DNA of 64,000 bases from assembly GCA_030264375.1 (NCBI GenBank), contig JASCQW010000072.1, forward strand, positions 73,682,761-73,746,760, written 5' to 3'. The notes beneath the pieces are model-generated. The model searched no databases. It was not told the DNA's origin and was given only the letters and a program-made list of their open reading frames with translations. Made by a program: the position numbers and the translations under genes. Source of the stretch: Carcharhinus longimanus (Eukaryota). Of this stretch, positions 1 to 13,000 are shown in pieces (position 1 is the stretch's first letter; each line of letters opens with the position of its first letter).

Positions 1-793
1 TGTTATGGTTCATGTCAGAAACTCCAAATTGTTTTATGGAGCCTGGCTGGATCACAAGTTTTGCCTCTTGAATTTGTCTAGGATAAGCATGATATGTTTC
101 ACTCCAGATAGATTCAAATGTCCCACTAGGGAGCTTTTATCAACCAAAGTTTATTTAAGAATATAGTTAAAAGATATAGTAAGAAAATTAACAAGAATTT
201 TTATCAATTACAAACAAGAAACAGAACAACCACTGCAATGTATAACCCTTAACAAATATATCTAAATTTTCTAATCAAAACCAAAACCTTCCATAGACAA
301 AAGACCCTTTTCACAGTTTCAACACAGGAAAGACTAATGCTCACATGATACTGGACTTCAGACCTTTGGGTGAAGTCTGCAGTTATCTGGATAGACTCAG
401 AACAGTTTGAAGTCAGAATAGCTTCCCAAAACACCAGGGACTCTAGGCAAGCCACCAACAACCTCTTCAGAAAAGCAAGACTTTGCTTTCAGCTAACCAG
501 CAGAATTTCCAAAATCAGAGAGAGAGCAAGTTCTTTTCAGCTTGATGCCCCTTCTGAAACTAAAGCTCAAACCTGCAGCTCCAAACTAAAAATGAAAAAA
601 AAACTGCTATCACCTGACCTGCCAACCAGTTTTTCTTCTAATAATGCAGAGTCATAAACATCCCAGTAAAAATAAACAAACCCACATTTAAGCAGAAATA
701 AAAAGACTCATAGACAGCCAGGCAACAAGTTTGTTCACAACTGCAGAGTACATAATTTAAAAAAAAACTTCTTAAATGTACACAAACGTCACA
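1..793. mobile_element. Probable solo LTR (Gypsy-like)
   Basis: TG...CA termini (tgttatgg...cgtcaca), no coding capacity, A-rich; the left target-site duplication cannot be checked at the window edge. Confidence 0.35.
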
Positions 794-3694
794 ATAGTTA
801 ATGTAGCTTTGGGTCAGTGTGGTTCCAGCAAAATTCACGCTTCACTGTCTGTAACTTCATCCAAAATACTTGGGGGACTGACTCACCCTCTGAGTCATCG
901 CACTGAAAGAATACATCGATGGAATGTATCCTTTTGATTATTTGGATCTGGTCTTGGTAGGGGATGTTTGTTACTGTTAGTTTCTTCCAGTTTTGGTCGT
1001 GCAAATCCAATGTAGGCTGTCTTTTGGTGTGTCTTTCTCAAATGGTTAGTCATGTGATGCTAGTGATCTTTTTTATTTTTGTTTGCACGATGTTGATGCT
1101 GCAGAATTCTTCAAGGGTAGTCATGGTGATAGAGTTCCCATGGTTACAGGAGTTTGCTGGTGCCAAGAGCCAACATATGATGGTTCTTTGCCTTTGATAT
1201 GTAGAATGTATTTCATTCTCACCACAGGCATATCATCATGTCTATGTTACTGCTCTGTGTCTAGTGATTTAATTAAACTTTTATCGTTTTACTTCTACAA
1301 AAACAGTATTATTGTTTAAAGGCAGAGGAAGCCTCACTGCCATTCTTTTAATTCCTAGCATTCTGTTCTCATTTTCCTTTAAATTAATTGAAATAACTTG
1401 TCTCCTAAATCAGTGATATGAAGGGGTGTAACACAGCATGTATTGTTCAGGAAAGACTTCTAACATTTTTAATTTTGAGGTTGTGCCTTTGTTGAGGCAA
1501 CTGAAATTTTAGTGCTGATTTTAACATTTTGCTGCAGGGTTATGGGGGTGCAAGGAAAAGAGGGGGGATCACCCACTCCCACCTGCGCCTTCCTCGCTCT
1601 ACCTGTGAGCTCCAGTCAGCCAATTAACAGCCAGTTGTTGGATGAGGGTGGGACATCCTGCAGCAGTGGTGATATACCATGACTCAGAAAGATGTTATGG
1701 CACTCAATTTAAAGGGCCACTGGCAGTGTCATCCATCCAATCCTTGCTCCACACCTTTCACTTGCTCATAACTCAGTAGACTGGCAACACAGTGGTACAA
1801 GTAGCATACCATATAAACACAGGACGAGCTTTCAGAGGCTCTGACAGTGCATGTCTCAGACAGTTGGAGGAGTGCAAGACTGCAGGTCGTTGCTGAGCCG
1901 CTGGCTGATGGTGAGCCTCTTGAGGCATCCTTAAGTTGGCAGATGCTGGACGCACAACAAGAGATGTGAAGATCTGGCAGTGATTCCATGGGATCTGCAC
2001 AGCCCTGGCATGGACAGTGGTGGAATCCATTCAGGCCGCGAATTTTGTGATCTCTTCTCAGCACATGTGGCTTCCCCCTTTGAAAGATTGACGACACTTA
2101 TGGAGAGTCAGAATCAGCGGGACAGTCAGGGGATGCTTGGTATGCTGGCGCTTTTGACAGTGACAGTGGCTCTTCCCACCCTCTGCCAGTGCCTCAGGAT
2201 GCTGCAGTGACAGAAGAGACTCCTATCATTGTACAGGATTCCCTCAACACTGGGGTCCTCATGGCTTCAGGTGACTGAGGATATCACCAGTGTCATCCCA
2301 GGCAAAGGACCAGGACCCAGTAGCCTGCCTCTAGCACAGGGGAAGCACCACAGCATACATAGAATTAAGAAAACACACAAGACACACGTGGGTCATCATG
2401 GCTGCTAGTTGAAGTTGTATTTCTGTGTGAGGTATACTTTGAAGATCTTTATTAAATGCATAATGCCTAAAATGATTGTTGTTCTGAGGGATCTCAGAGT
2501 TTGATGGTAATTGGAAAGGACAGTGAGCCCATGAGTGGCTGGTGATGTCGGAAGTGGTGTGGGTGCTCAGAAACTCCTTTCCTGAGGTGCTGTGCAATGC
2601 TGACCTTGATGGCGTTGGCTTTGAATGATTATGTGGGATGCAGAGTGGGAGCTTACGGAGCACTGCTGTTCGTGTTGAGAAGTCCCTGCATCGCCAATTT
2701 TAGACTTCCAAGTCTCCCTGGATCCAATCCCTGTTGATCTCCAGGTGGGAAAGCAGACTGGACAAGATCCTCCTGATCCTCTTCTGATTCCACATCTGAT
2801 TCTTCATCTGTCAAGGTTGGTCAATGAGATCCTCTTCTGCCAGGCCCTCCTCCCTTCAGGAACATAGGAGTGTGAAGGGCACAGCAGATGACCAAAATCA
2901 GGGAGACACAAAGTAGGACCACCAGCTAGGCGTCTGGGCCAGTGCCATTTCTCACTGGTGTCAAGAGCCATCTCTTTAGTGGGCAACGCTTGTCACCAAG
3001 TACTCATCCTTCCAATAGTGGCACTGAGGTGAGCAGCTGGCTCAACTGGGAGCACCTAAGGAGATAGACATCGTGGTTACTGCCAGGGTACTGAGCACAA
3101 ACATGCATAATCCTCTGGCAGTGGTCATATACACTTGGTACATTCAAGAAAGGAAACTTCTTGTGATCCATAAGTGCCACTGATTGGCCCGCAAGTACCT
3201 TGATGACTGCAAGTGTGCACTCTATGACACCCTCCACTGTGCAAAATCATGCAGTGGTACCAAACCCTCTTACTCTTTGGGCCTGAACAACCTCATCCAT
3301 GATGTAGTTGATGATGTTGCCAGTTCTCCTGAAAAGTGGATCGATAGCCACCTCGATACAGCGTTGGGCTCATGCCTATGAGATGCCACCCTGATCCCCA
3401 GCTGCTCCCTGGAAGGCTCTCGAGGCATAAAAATCACAAGGCTGCTGTCATCTTGAGAACGATGGGGATTGGGTGGTCACCAGCTCAATTGGAAGTTATC
3501 TCCCCTGCCAGCATCTTACACAGAGATGTTATTATCTCATTGCTATTGACACAGCCAACGAAGACACTGGCAGTCTGACAGCTGCACATAGTTTGACATT
3601 GCCTGTGCATCTACCTCCAATGTAAGCAATCCTTTGGGTTGGCTGGCCCTGATGGCCACGAGCTCTACAACCTCTGCCCCATTAACATCACCAG

Positions 3695-3982
3695 GTGCCT
3701 CATACATGGCGTGAGAGGTTATTGCAGAAGGTAAGGGGGCATGGAGTTGGGGGTAGGGTGTTAGCGTGGATAGAGGATTGGCTGTCAAATNNNNNNNNNN
3801 NNNNNNNNNNNNNNNNNNNNNNNNNNNNNNNNNNNNNNNNNNNNNNNNNNNNNNNNNNNNNNNNNNNNNNNNNNNNNNNNNNNNNNNNNNGGCGGGAATG
3901 TGGAACTGAGCCACGACAGATCAGCCATGATCTTATTGAATGGCGGGGCAGGCTTGAAGGGCTGGATTGCCTACTCCTGCTC
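3695..3982 (+). mobile_element. CR1/HER1-type LINE fragment (RT remnant plus 3' tail) spanning a gap
   Basis: VPHT..RLLQKVRGHGVGGRVLAWIEDWLSN; tail agatcagccatgatc...cctactcctgctcctatttcttatgttcttatg. Confidence 0.85.
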
Positions 3983-4165
3983 CTATTTCTTATGTTCTTA
4001 TGACTTTCCCTGTCCAGCGGTTCTCCTCTCCCTACTTCCTCACTGGAAGAGTCTCCACCAAAATGCACAATGCACATGCAGCCAGTGGTCTGTTCCTTTC
4101 AGAGTGACCCTACCCATTTGAGAATCATCTATGGCTCCAGGGCCCACTGACCTGTGACTTCCTTC

Positions 4166-4484
4166 TAGAATCATAGAATCCTTACAGTGCAGGAGGAGGC
4201 CATTTGGCCCATTGGTCCTGCACCGACAACCCGCAGGCCCTATCCGCATAACTCCACATATTTACCCTGCTAATCCTCCTGCCAATAAGGGGAATTTAGC
4301 ATGGCCAATCAACCTGTCCCGCACATTTTTGGACTTTGGGACAAACTAGAGCACCTGGAGGAAATCACGCAGACATGGGGAGAACGTGCAAACTCAACAT
4401 AGACGGTCATCCACAGCTGGAATTGAACCCGGATCCCTGGCGTCGTGAGGCCACAGTGCTAACGACTGTTCCACCATGCCACCC
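4166..4484 (-). mobile_element. HE1-type tRNA-derived V-SINE
   Basis: Reverse strand has a tRNA-like head with A/B boxes, a V-domain core and a (ctatgatt)n tail. Confidence 0.85.
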
Positions 4485-5041
4485 TTTTGGTCCTGCTGGC
4501 CTCCTCTTAAATCCAACTTTGCAGCTCGTTACCCTGAGAGGTTGACCCCGGATTAATCAATGAAAACACCTTTCACCGCTAGCAGCTGCTGCCTTTAGCT
4601 CCTCAGAGCGAGTCCAAGCTCCAGTTTGCTGTCCATGAAAAGCTACTTCAAATCACTCCCGCTGTTTCTCCTGTGCCCTACCTAAAGAATTGCAGGGGCC
4701 ACGTAAAATTTGAGTGCATTGACAATTTAATTGCCTTAATTAGCACTTAATTGCTGGTTTCTGAAAAGTGAACAAGCTTCTAACCGCCCTCTGCTTTGTT
4801 GCAGGCAGGCGTCGTGACATTGACTGCCTGACCCATGTCGAAATGTCTGATTTTACAGAGCAGCAGTGGTAACAGCCGCACAATCCATCTCCGAGTGTAA
4901 AATTCAGCCCCTAGCATAGAAATAGTTTGTGGATTTATGTGATCTGGGGGCTTGTGGTTATAGTGCAAAGTTAAATTCTCTTGCCACCGGCTGCTATTTC
5001 CAATCATTTCTTTTGTAAACGACTCTTTTTTCCCTTTGTAG

Positions 5042-5224
5042 TCGCAACATGTGGCCTGCTGCAGTGTGCTCCACTTCTCCTGGTTTCTTGTCGTTTCTCG
5101 ACTGAAGGAAAACAAATGTACTGTCCCCCTTGAGGGAACCCGACTCTTCTCCTCTGTGGATCCTAACATAAAAGTGACCTTCCCACCTGGAGCGGTAAAT
5201 GCAACCCGCAGTGTGAAAATGCAG
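5042..5224 (+). CDS. PIDD1: PIDD1 exon: end of ZU5-1 with first autocleavage motif HFSW, start of ZU5-2
   Basis: tttgtag|TCG...ATGCAG|gtgtgt; SQHVACCSVLHFSWFLVVSRLKENKCTVPLEGTRLFSSVDPNIKVTFPPGAVNATRSVKMQ; phase 0/0. Confidence 0.95.
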
Positions 5225-5361
5225 GTGTGTGGATCATATTAAGCCCTGAGAATGAAGTAACAAACATCATCTCCGTCCAGTAAAAAATTTTTGTTTTGTG
5301 ATTGTATTCGCATCTGTTTTTGTTTACTCCACTGATAAAATCTCCTTAAATTTACATGCAG

Positions 5362-5509
5362 GTATTACCAGTTGCCCTGGATGAATTATATGAGTTCCTG
5401 AATGATCAGGATTCTGTAGCAAGTCCTTTGCTCTGTTTGTCACAGGATGCATTTGACAACTTCCTGAAGCCTGTCAAGATTCAGCTTCTATTACCGAGTG
5501 GGGTCACAG
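5362..5509 (+). CDS. PIDD1: PIDD1 exon (ZU5-2)
   Basis: catgcag|GTA...GTCACAG|gtcagt; VLPVALDELYEFLNDQDSVASPLLCLSQDAFDNFLKPVKIQLLLPSGVT(G); phase 0/1. Confidence 0.93.
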
Positions 5510-5909
5510 GTCAGTCTTTTTAATACCATTGCAGAAATGACTTAGAATAGCAGTGTGTCTGGGAGATTAGGTGTGTTGTGGGTGATCAAAGCCTTGTTCC
5601 ATCCCTGTCATGTGTGTAATCAGAGTTAAATACAACTCTGATTATACAGTTTAAAAAAAGGGCAGAGAACGGGGGAGTGTGAGTCGACAGCTTTTTGGAG
5701 GTGGCAGAACAAATTGAGAAGATGATTTTTTTATTAGTCAGGGAATGTTGGTAGTACCCGTCCTTAGTCACGAAAGTGGTGATGAACCGCCTACTTGAAA
5801 TGCTGCTGTCCAGGTAGCGAAGGCACTCCCACTGCACTGAGTGGCTAGGAAGATCAAGATTTTGGCCCAGTGAAGGAAGCCACCCTACCTGCACATCGTT
5901 GTGACATTC

Positions 5910-6110
5910 AGGGGAAATATAGCATAGTTACTCCACCTAACCTACACATTTTTGAACTATGAGAGGAAACTGGAACACCCAAAGGAAACCTGTGCTGACG
6001 CAGGAAGAGAACATTCCAACTCCACATTGATAGTCACCGAAGGCTGGAATTGAACCCGGGTCCCTGGCACTGAGGCAACAGCGCTAACCATTGTCCCACC
6101 GTGCTGTCTT
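5910..6110 (-). mobile_element. HE1-type SINE (partial)
   Basis: gaattgaacccgggtccctggc...gctaaccattgtcccaccgtgc head on the reverse strand. Confidence 0.75.
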
Positions 6111-6124
6111 CTATGATTCTTTGG

Positions 6125-6615
6125 TCCAAAGTCTGGATGGTATGTGACTTGGGTGGGAATGTGAGGTGGTGGTATTCCTGTGTACCTGTTTCTCTTGTCC
6201 TGAGTGGTAGAAATACTGTTGAAGGAGCCTTGATGAGCTGCTAGAGTGCATCTTTGTAGCTAATACACACTGCTGCTACTGTGTGTCAGTGGTGGAGGTA
6301 GTGATTGTTTCTGATGTGAATGGAGTGGCAGTCAACCAGATTACATTGTCCAGTATAGTATTGAGTATTTTTGGCGCTGCGTTCATCCAGGCCAGTGGAG
6401 AGAATTCCAGCACATTCCTGAGTGTTTGAAAGTCAGGAGGTGAGTCACACACTGCATGATACCCAACTTCCGACCTCCCTTGTAGCCATATGTGGCTAGT
6501 CTTAATTAGATTTCTGTTAATTTGGGGTCCTCAAGATAGTGAGAGATTCAATGACGGTAATGCCTTTGACTGGCAAGGGACGGCGGGTTAGACTCTCTCT
6601 AGTGGCAGATGGTGA
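6125..6615 (-). mobile_element. Degenerate CR1-superfamily LINE 3' region
   Basis: Same family as 40890-41490 and 44440-47100 (gtgcatcttgtag..cacactgctgc; ggagtcaggaggtgagt). Confidence 0.65.
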
Positions 6616-9600
6616 ATAGGATTCTAGGCTTTATAAATAAAAGCATAGAGTACAAAAGCAAGGAATTTATGCTAAACTTTATAAAATACTGGTTAGGCCA
6701 CAGTTGGAATATTTGACAATTATAGGCACCACAATTTAGGAAGAATGTCAAGGCCTCAGAGTGAAGTCAGGGTAGCAAGGATGAACAGCTCAGTTTACAT
6801 GAAGAGCTGAGTGAAAATGGGTTTGTTTTCATTTGAGCAGATAAGTTTATGGAGAAATTTGATTGATCCTTTTAATGTGGTTAAAGATTGCCTGTTAATG
6901 ACACTGATACACAGTCAGTTCACAGATCATATCCAGCTGTTAGCCAGATAAGTATTAACAGCAGTCTCACCCCATTTAGATGCTTAACCAGTTTAAAGCA
7001 GCCCATTATTTTAATCTCACAAAACAACTTCACATAAATATACCAGTTTCCTTTTCTCCAATTTTATTCTAGACTACTCAGTTGAGCATGACACTCTCAG
7101 GAATGTTTTACAGACCTATGCAAACCCACCTCAGTTTCTCAGTATTATTTAATCTTACTTATTCATTCAAGGAATTTATATTATTCAGCAGAGTTGAAAA
7201 TTTAAGCATGACAAACTGATAATTTTTTTTTCCCACGATTACAAGAATGACATCAACAGGAGAATAATAGAAAAAGGAAATGCGAGAAAAACTCAGCAGG
7301 CCAGGAAGCTTTAAAATAGCATTTGCTCAGTGTATCAAGGAAAATTGGGTGTACCCTCGTATTATTGAAGCAGCTGGCTTCCCACCTTTGCCTGCGACTC
7401 ACTGCTGAAAACTACGGCAGCTGAGGCACCCATCATTAAGAAGAAGGTCGAGAGCTTTAGGGTTGGACATCTTGTCAGTTGCTTGTGTGGGAATAACATT
7501 AACTACCATTCATTTCTACAAAGTGGACAACGTGCCTTTTTTTGCTGTTTTATTGCCCTTGTATTTTTCTCTTTAACTCTCTTGCCAGAAGGATAGTTTC
7601 CCAGACACCTGGGAAGTCTGTGGGCCCCTATGGTACCCCAGTTTGAGAATCACTGATGTAGACTTTTTCCAATTTGATCTTTATTGCTTTGGTTGTAGAC
7701 TTCAGCCTTCAATTTGCTTTGTTAGTGGTTAGAATTGATCAGCAACCCTACTTAAAGCGATGAGGTATTTTTCAGTACCCACAGTAATTATTTCATTCCA
7801 TTTATTAGATATATTGGGCACTGGTTGTTTCCAGTGTGTCTTGTCTGTATTAAATTCCATCTATGTGATTTATCAAAATAATTTGGAAGTTCCCGAATGG
7901 ACTCTTTGTGTTGGTCATTCTTCTGAGTTTGATATTGTTTGAATTAACCAATTTGTGTTGCGCTTCTGAATCCATATCACCAATATAAACTAATAAAAGT
8001 AAAAGTCAAGCATTAATCCCTGGGCCTTATCGTTTCTCCACAACCTCCTCTAACAAATATCATTGTTTCCTACCCTTCAGCCTGTTCCTCATCCATTTCC
8101 ACAATTTACTTTGAAAGTCAATCATAACATTTTGTGCAAAACATTATTACATGATCTTTGGAGGCAAAACAGTATGGTTACCTAATTGTTGTGGCACTGG
8201 ATTAGCAAACCAAAGGTTTGAGTTTAATCCCCATTTGGTTGTAAATTTGAATTTCATTCATCTGGCCACTTTTTTGGCTAGTACCAGAAAAATAATCATG
8301 TTGGATTGTTAACAACCTAACAGATTCACTTGTTCTTCAGTTAAGGGAAACTGTCATTCCAATCAATTTACCTGCAGCCCCCACCCCCACCTGCACAACC
8401 AACTGATCAGTAACCCCTCCATATTCAACATTGCTTGAAGGAAACTAAGAGAAACAAAGCCAATGAATGTACAATTAGTCAGAACTTCATTGTCTGCCAT
8501 TAAAGGTGGCTCGATAGTATCATTGATCAAGCTAGCTGACACTTGAAACATAAAGGTGACAGTTTGGGCCCATATTATGAGGCAAAGGAATCAACAACAA
8601 GGATACATAATGAGCCTTGTCTGAGAGTCCAGAAAACCATTGGTTTGTTGAAGTATTTGAGCCCCAAAGAAAACATTGCTTGGTTGGCAACTCTGTCTCT
8701 CAAGTCTAGCTGTCAGTTTCACAATATTTATTTTTACACAAAATAAAGAGGTTTCAAATTTGCAGTTCAGCTGTTGATACTTTCAAGTTTTTAAATGGTT
8801 GACACTTTCATTGGGCTGTACTAAAAAAGAGGGTTTTTTAAAAGTTACTGATGAATGGTTGTTTTTGTTTTAAAGCTTTGTTTACACATTTTACTGTGGA
8901 TTTGTTGCTTCTATACAATGTACAGTGGGTGAATAGGCATGAAAGTGCCATAGCTTGGCATGAGGGGCCATAGCGGTTGTTTGGGGGGGATATAGCATGG
9001 CATGGAATGCATGAGGAGCCAAAAGGGAGTAAGCGGAGAACATCTTTGGTGTGGGGTGGGGCCATGAGGAGGCCCTTTTGAATTTGCCTTTCAAAAGGTT
9101 CCCTCATGCATGCTATGATTCAGCTTTCTAGTGTAAGCGCATTAATGGCTTAGACTTCCTGCTGGGTCATGTTAATTTTTTTCTTAGCAAAATTTACCTA
9201 AAATTCATTGAACCAAATGCAAATTTCAAGTGCACATTACTTCCAGCACAAATTGTATTTCCACCCTTTTTGCACCAGTTTAACAAACACATGCTAGAAG
9301 CTGGCCTTGCCCATCTCACTGGTCACTCCCACAGCTTAAATTAGTCATCACTGTATTAATAAAACTGCAACAAGATACCACTCTTAAATATACAAAGGAA
9401 TATTTCTTAAAATAATTTGTTTCTAAAATCACATTCTAAGCACTGTTGTATTGTGCTGTTTCGTGGCAGATTTGATATTTGGAAATGGAAAAAGAGTATT
9501 CTTGGGCACAGTTTGCACCGGGAGTGATGAATTCATCCAAGTCAAAAATGCCAACCATTCCTGTCCCTGGGACTTTTGAAACCATTTATATTGGAGTTGT

Positions 9601-10947
9601 GAATTGTTATGTCATTGCAGTTGGGAAGGGTTTGCTGCTCTTATTTTCCATGGTGAATGTTTGGAATATATCATCCGCTGTTTTAGCTCCATAAGCATCT
9701 TCTAAGAACCTCTAACTGTCTTCTTACTGTTGCATTTTGCAGCTGTGTTCTATTTTCATGTTTGCTTTGCTCTGACATCCTTGTAAATTTCCTGGATGTC
9801 TATTCAGCTCAGGGAACTCCTTGAACGTTTGCTGTAGAGGATTTTCAGAGAGTTTCTTTGTAGAACAAATCGTCTTCTTCGTTGTGAATATCGCCTCTCT
9901 TTGTGAATAGCTTTATAAAAAGGGTGCAGATTCAGGGCACAGAACCACACATAGATTGGTATGGCTTCTTGCAGAGACACCATAAAGATGATTCATAGAA
10001 TCCCTACAGTGCAGAAGGAGGCCATTCATTTCTGACTATTTTGGATTATAATTTTTAGCCTACGTTTGCTAATTCTGGATATATATATTTTGAATTTTCA
10101 GTATTTTGCTTTTGAGGAAGTTTGATTTATCCTTTATTGAAATGTTGCTGAAAAAATGCATCCTCCCTAACCAAAAATTTGCTTCACTTTCATTTTCTTA
10201 AATATTGATTATATTTTTAAACTAACATGCTTGATTCTTGATTGCTGGTGTTTCTGAATCTCAGACTATGTTGAAATTGATCTTTCTGTGATTCCTATCT
10301 TCCTAGGGTGCCAGAAGTTTCATATCATCCATGGAATTTGGGTCACTTCATTACAAAGACAAATGCACAGTCACGCATGATATTTGCTAATATAGACTCA
10401 AAATGATGTGGATTTTCCCAGTTTACATTTGATTGATTAAAGTCGCCAATTAAAATATTCTTGCTGATTTCACACATAGGATTTCTTTGTAGCGCAAATC
10501 ATCTCCTTCCTTGTGGATATCAACTCTCTCTGTGATCAGCTTTATAAAAAGAGTTTGGGTGCAGATTCTAGGCACAAAACCACACATAGATTGGTACAGC
10601 TTCTTTCAAAGACACCATAAAGATGATTCATAGAATCTCTACAGAAGGAGGCCATTGAGCCCATCGAGTCTGAACCAACTGTCTGAAAGAGCATCTGAAC
10701 CAGGCTCAGCTTTGGATGGCTGTTCACCTGCTCTATGGGAATGTGCATAATCTATACTAAACTATACTTACCTGGATGATTTGGAATTTGTGCACTTTTG
10801 TCTTTTCTAACTACTCAGGCCAAAAAGTAAATTGACTTTTGAATCAGATACTATTTCTGTTTTGATAATTTATTAGGAACTGGTAATTCTACTTAGCTTA
10901 AAAAGATCTGAAAATTCGATTTTTTTAAAAAGTAACTCCTCATCCAG

Positions 10948-11083
10948 GTTCGAATATGGACCGCTCCAAAGTGCACTTGCTCCATGGAGATCCAGAAGTG
11001 CAGGACTGGATGGACATTACGAATCAGGTGGTGCTGGAATTCACTCACTTGTATGCTGTTTTTGAAGTTAACCATTTCTCATG
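10948..11083 (+). CDS. PIDD1: PIDD1 exon: end of ZU5-2 with second autocleavage motif HFS(W)
   Basis: catccag|GT...TCATG|gtaag; (G)SNMDRSKVHLLHGDPEVQDWMDITNQVVLEFTHLYAVFEVNHFS(W); phase 1/2; absent from the ORF track. Confidence 0.94.
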
Positions 11084-12496
11084 GTAAGATTTTGCAAAGT
11101 TTCGCTGTAGCTATTCATTTTTTAGACTCTGACAGATTTTAGATATCCTCTCCTCCTTGGCGATGAGAGAGAGCCAAGCAGACTCTCTTGTGGTTACATT
11201 GGGTCTAACCTGACATCCCTTGTGTTGGGAGATTGGAATTAAGTTGACCTTCTCTTGCGACCTTTGTGGTCAATGCATGAGCTAGGCAGCTCAGTAATCT
11301 TCCAATATGCTATTGATGATTAATCAGTTAGCCTAGTTTATTGAGAAGATTTGGAGTGGTAAACCTGTCATTGGGAGCTGGAATTTTTCCCCACTTAATG
11401 CTGGATAATTTTTAAATGAAACAAAGCCCTAATTGACCTGCAGAGGGAAGGGTACCAGTGAATTATGCTGTACAGAATGTAGACTCCAGAAGTATTTATG
11501 TGCAAACTGAGAAGCCTTTAGCCTTGGTTAAGTTGGCTCTGGGCAAAGGTTTACTGGGCTTAGCTGAGCGCTGGGTGTCTGTTTGTGTACAGTGGGAACT
11601 CCATATTGAATAGATTGAAATTTCTGCAGTGGAATTCTCAGTCATTGGTTTGGAAACTCTGAAGCAGAATGATTGTTTCCAAATATGTCTTGTCAGTCAG
11701 CTAACCAAGGAATAATTGACCAATAGAACCTTCTGGAATGTAATATAAACTATTTTTTCATAACTCTCCAACTCCAAAGGTCATTGGAAAAATGCATTTG
11801 TCAATGTTAGAAGACATTTCAGTTAAATATCATTGAACTTAATTCTGTTTCACTGTTTTCAATATGAGTAGCTGCCTAGGAATGCAGACGGAACATAACT
11901 TGGACATAGGAGCCCTATTCTTATAGGGAAGGGAGCTTTGTTTAGTCCATGACTGTAATTAAGTAAAATTCATCACCGTTCTAAACATGTTAAAGAAAAA
12001 TAGCTGGTCCTAATGTAAAATATCTTAAAATATAAACTATGTCTTGACAAGAGTTGAATAGAATTTCCTAAGCAAAAAACTCCATCAATAGCAATGGGTG
12101 GGGTTAAGAAACTAAGCCAGTTGATTTACTTCCAGGAAAGTTTGATGACTGCAATGCAAAATATGTGCTTGATATTTGTGCTTTACCTGTTTTCATTGAG
12201 TAATTAATACTGCATGTTTTCTCGAGTTATTTTTGTCCTTTTATGCCTGCATAAGCAACATTGAGTACATTTCAAAACAACTCAGTTAACGTGAGGTACT
12301 TTGAGACATCAACAGAGGAGGAAAACTTAATCCCCAAGAATGTGTGGGTGGAGCAAAAATGTTAGATTTTTCAACTGAGAATGTAACTATTCATGCAACA
12401 GAACTAACAAACAAAGCTCATCTTGTAGAATCCCTACAGTGCAGAAGAGGCCATTTGTCCCATCAAGTCTGCACCAGCTCTCTGACAAAGTAAGTT

Positions 12497-12602
12497 ATGA
12501 TGTGGAGATGCCGACGTTGGACTGGGATAAACACAGTAAGAAGTCTGACAACACCAGGTTTAAGTCCAACCAATTTATTTGATAGTAAACTCACAAGCTT
12601 TC
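12497..12602. mobile_element. Penelope-like element terminal fragment
   Basis: atgtggagatgccgacgttggactgg...aacaccaggtttaagtccaac; same motif as 49727-50222. Confidence 0.6.
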
Positions 12603-12702
12603 NNNNNNNNNNNNNNNNNNNNNNNNNNNNNNNNNNNNNNNNNNNNNNNNNNNNNNNNNNNNNNNNNNNNNNNNNNNNNNNNNNNNNNNNNNNNNNNNNN
12701 NN

Positions 12703-13000
12703 CCCACGCACCCCGGACATTCTCTCTTCCACCTTCTTCCGTCGGGAAAAAGATACAAAAGTCTGAGGTCACGTACCAAGTGACTCAAGAACGGCTTCTT
12801 CCCTGCTGCTATCAGACTTTTGAATGGGCCTACCTCACTTTAAGTTGATCTTTCTCTACACCCTCGCCATGACTGTAACACTACATTCCGCACTCTCTCC
12901 TTTCCTTCTCCATGAATGGTATGCTTTGTCTGTATAGTGCGCAAGACACAATACTTTTCACTGTATACTAATACATATGATTATAATAAATCAAATGAAA
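12703..13000 (+). mobile_element. Rex1/Babar-type LINE 3' end
   Basis: cccacgcaccccggacattctctcttccaccttcttccgtcgggaaaaagatac...; tail aataaatcaaat; other copies at 21683-21870, 28570-28935, 56840-57085. Confidence 0.75.

Larger units (their letters stand above)
1512..4911 (-). mobile_element. Decayed PIF/Harbinger DNA transposon with transposase remnants, interrupted by CR1 and SINE insertions
   Basis: Minus-strand fragments GVIECTLAVIK...FLNVPSVYDHCQRIMHVCAQYPGSNHDVYLLRCSQL (3004-3237) resemble HARBI1/DDE_Tnp_4; YVQLSDCQCLRWL (~3550-3590) resembles its N-terminus. Right TIR gtaaaattcagccc at 4897-4910; degenerate left TIR ~1512. Confidence 0.75.
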
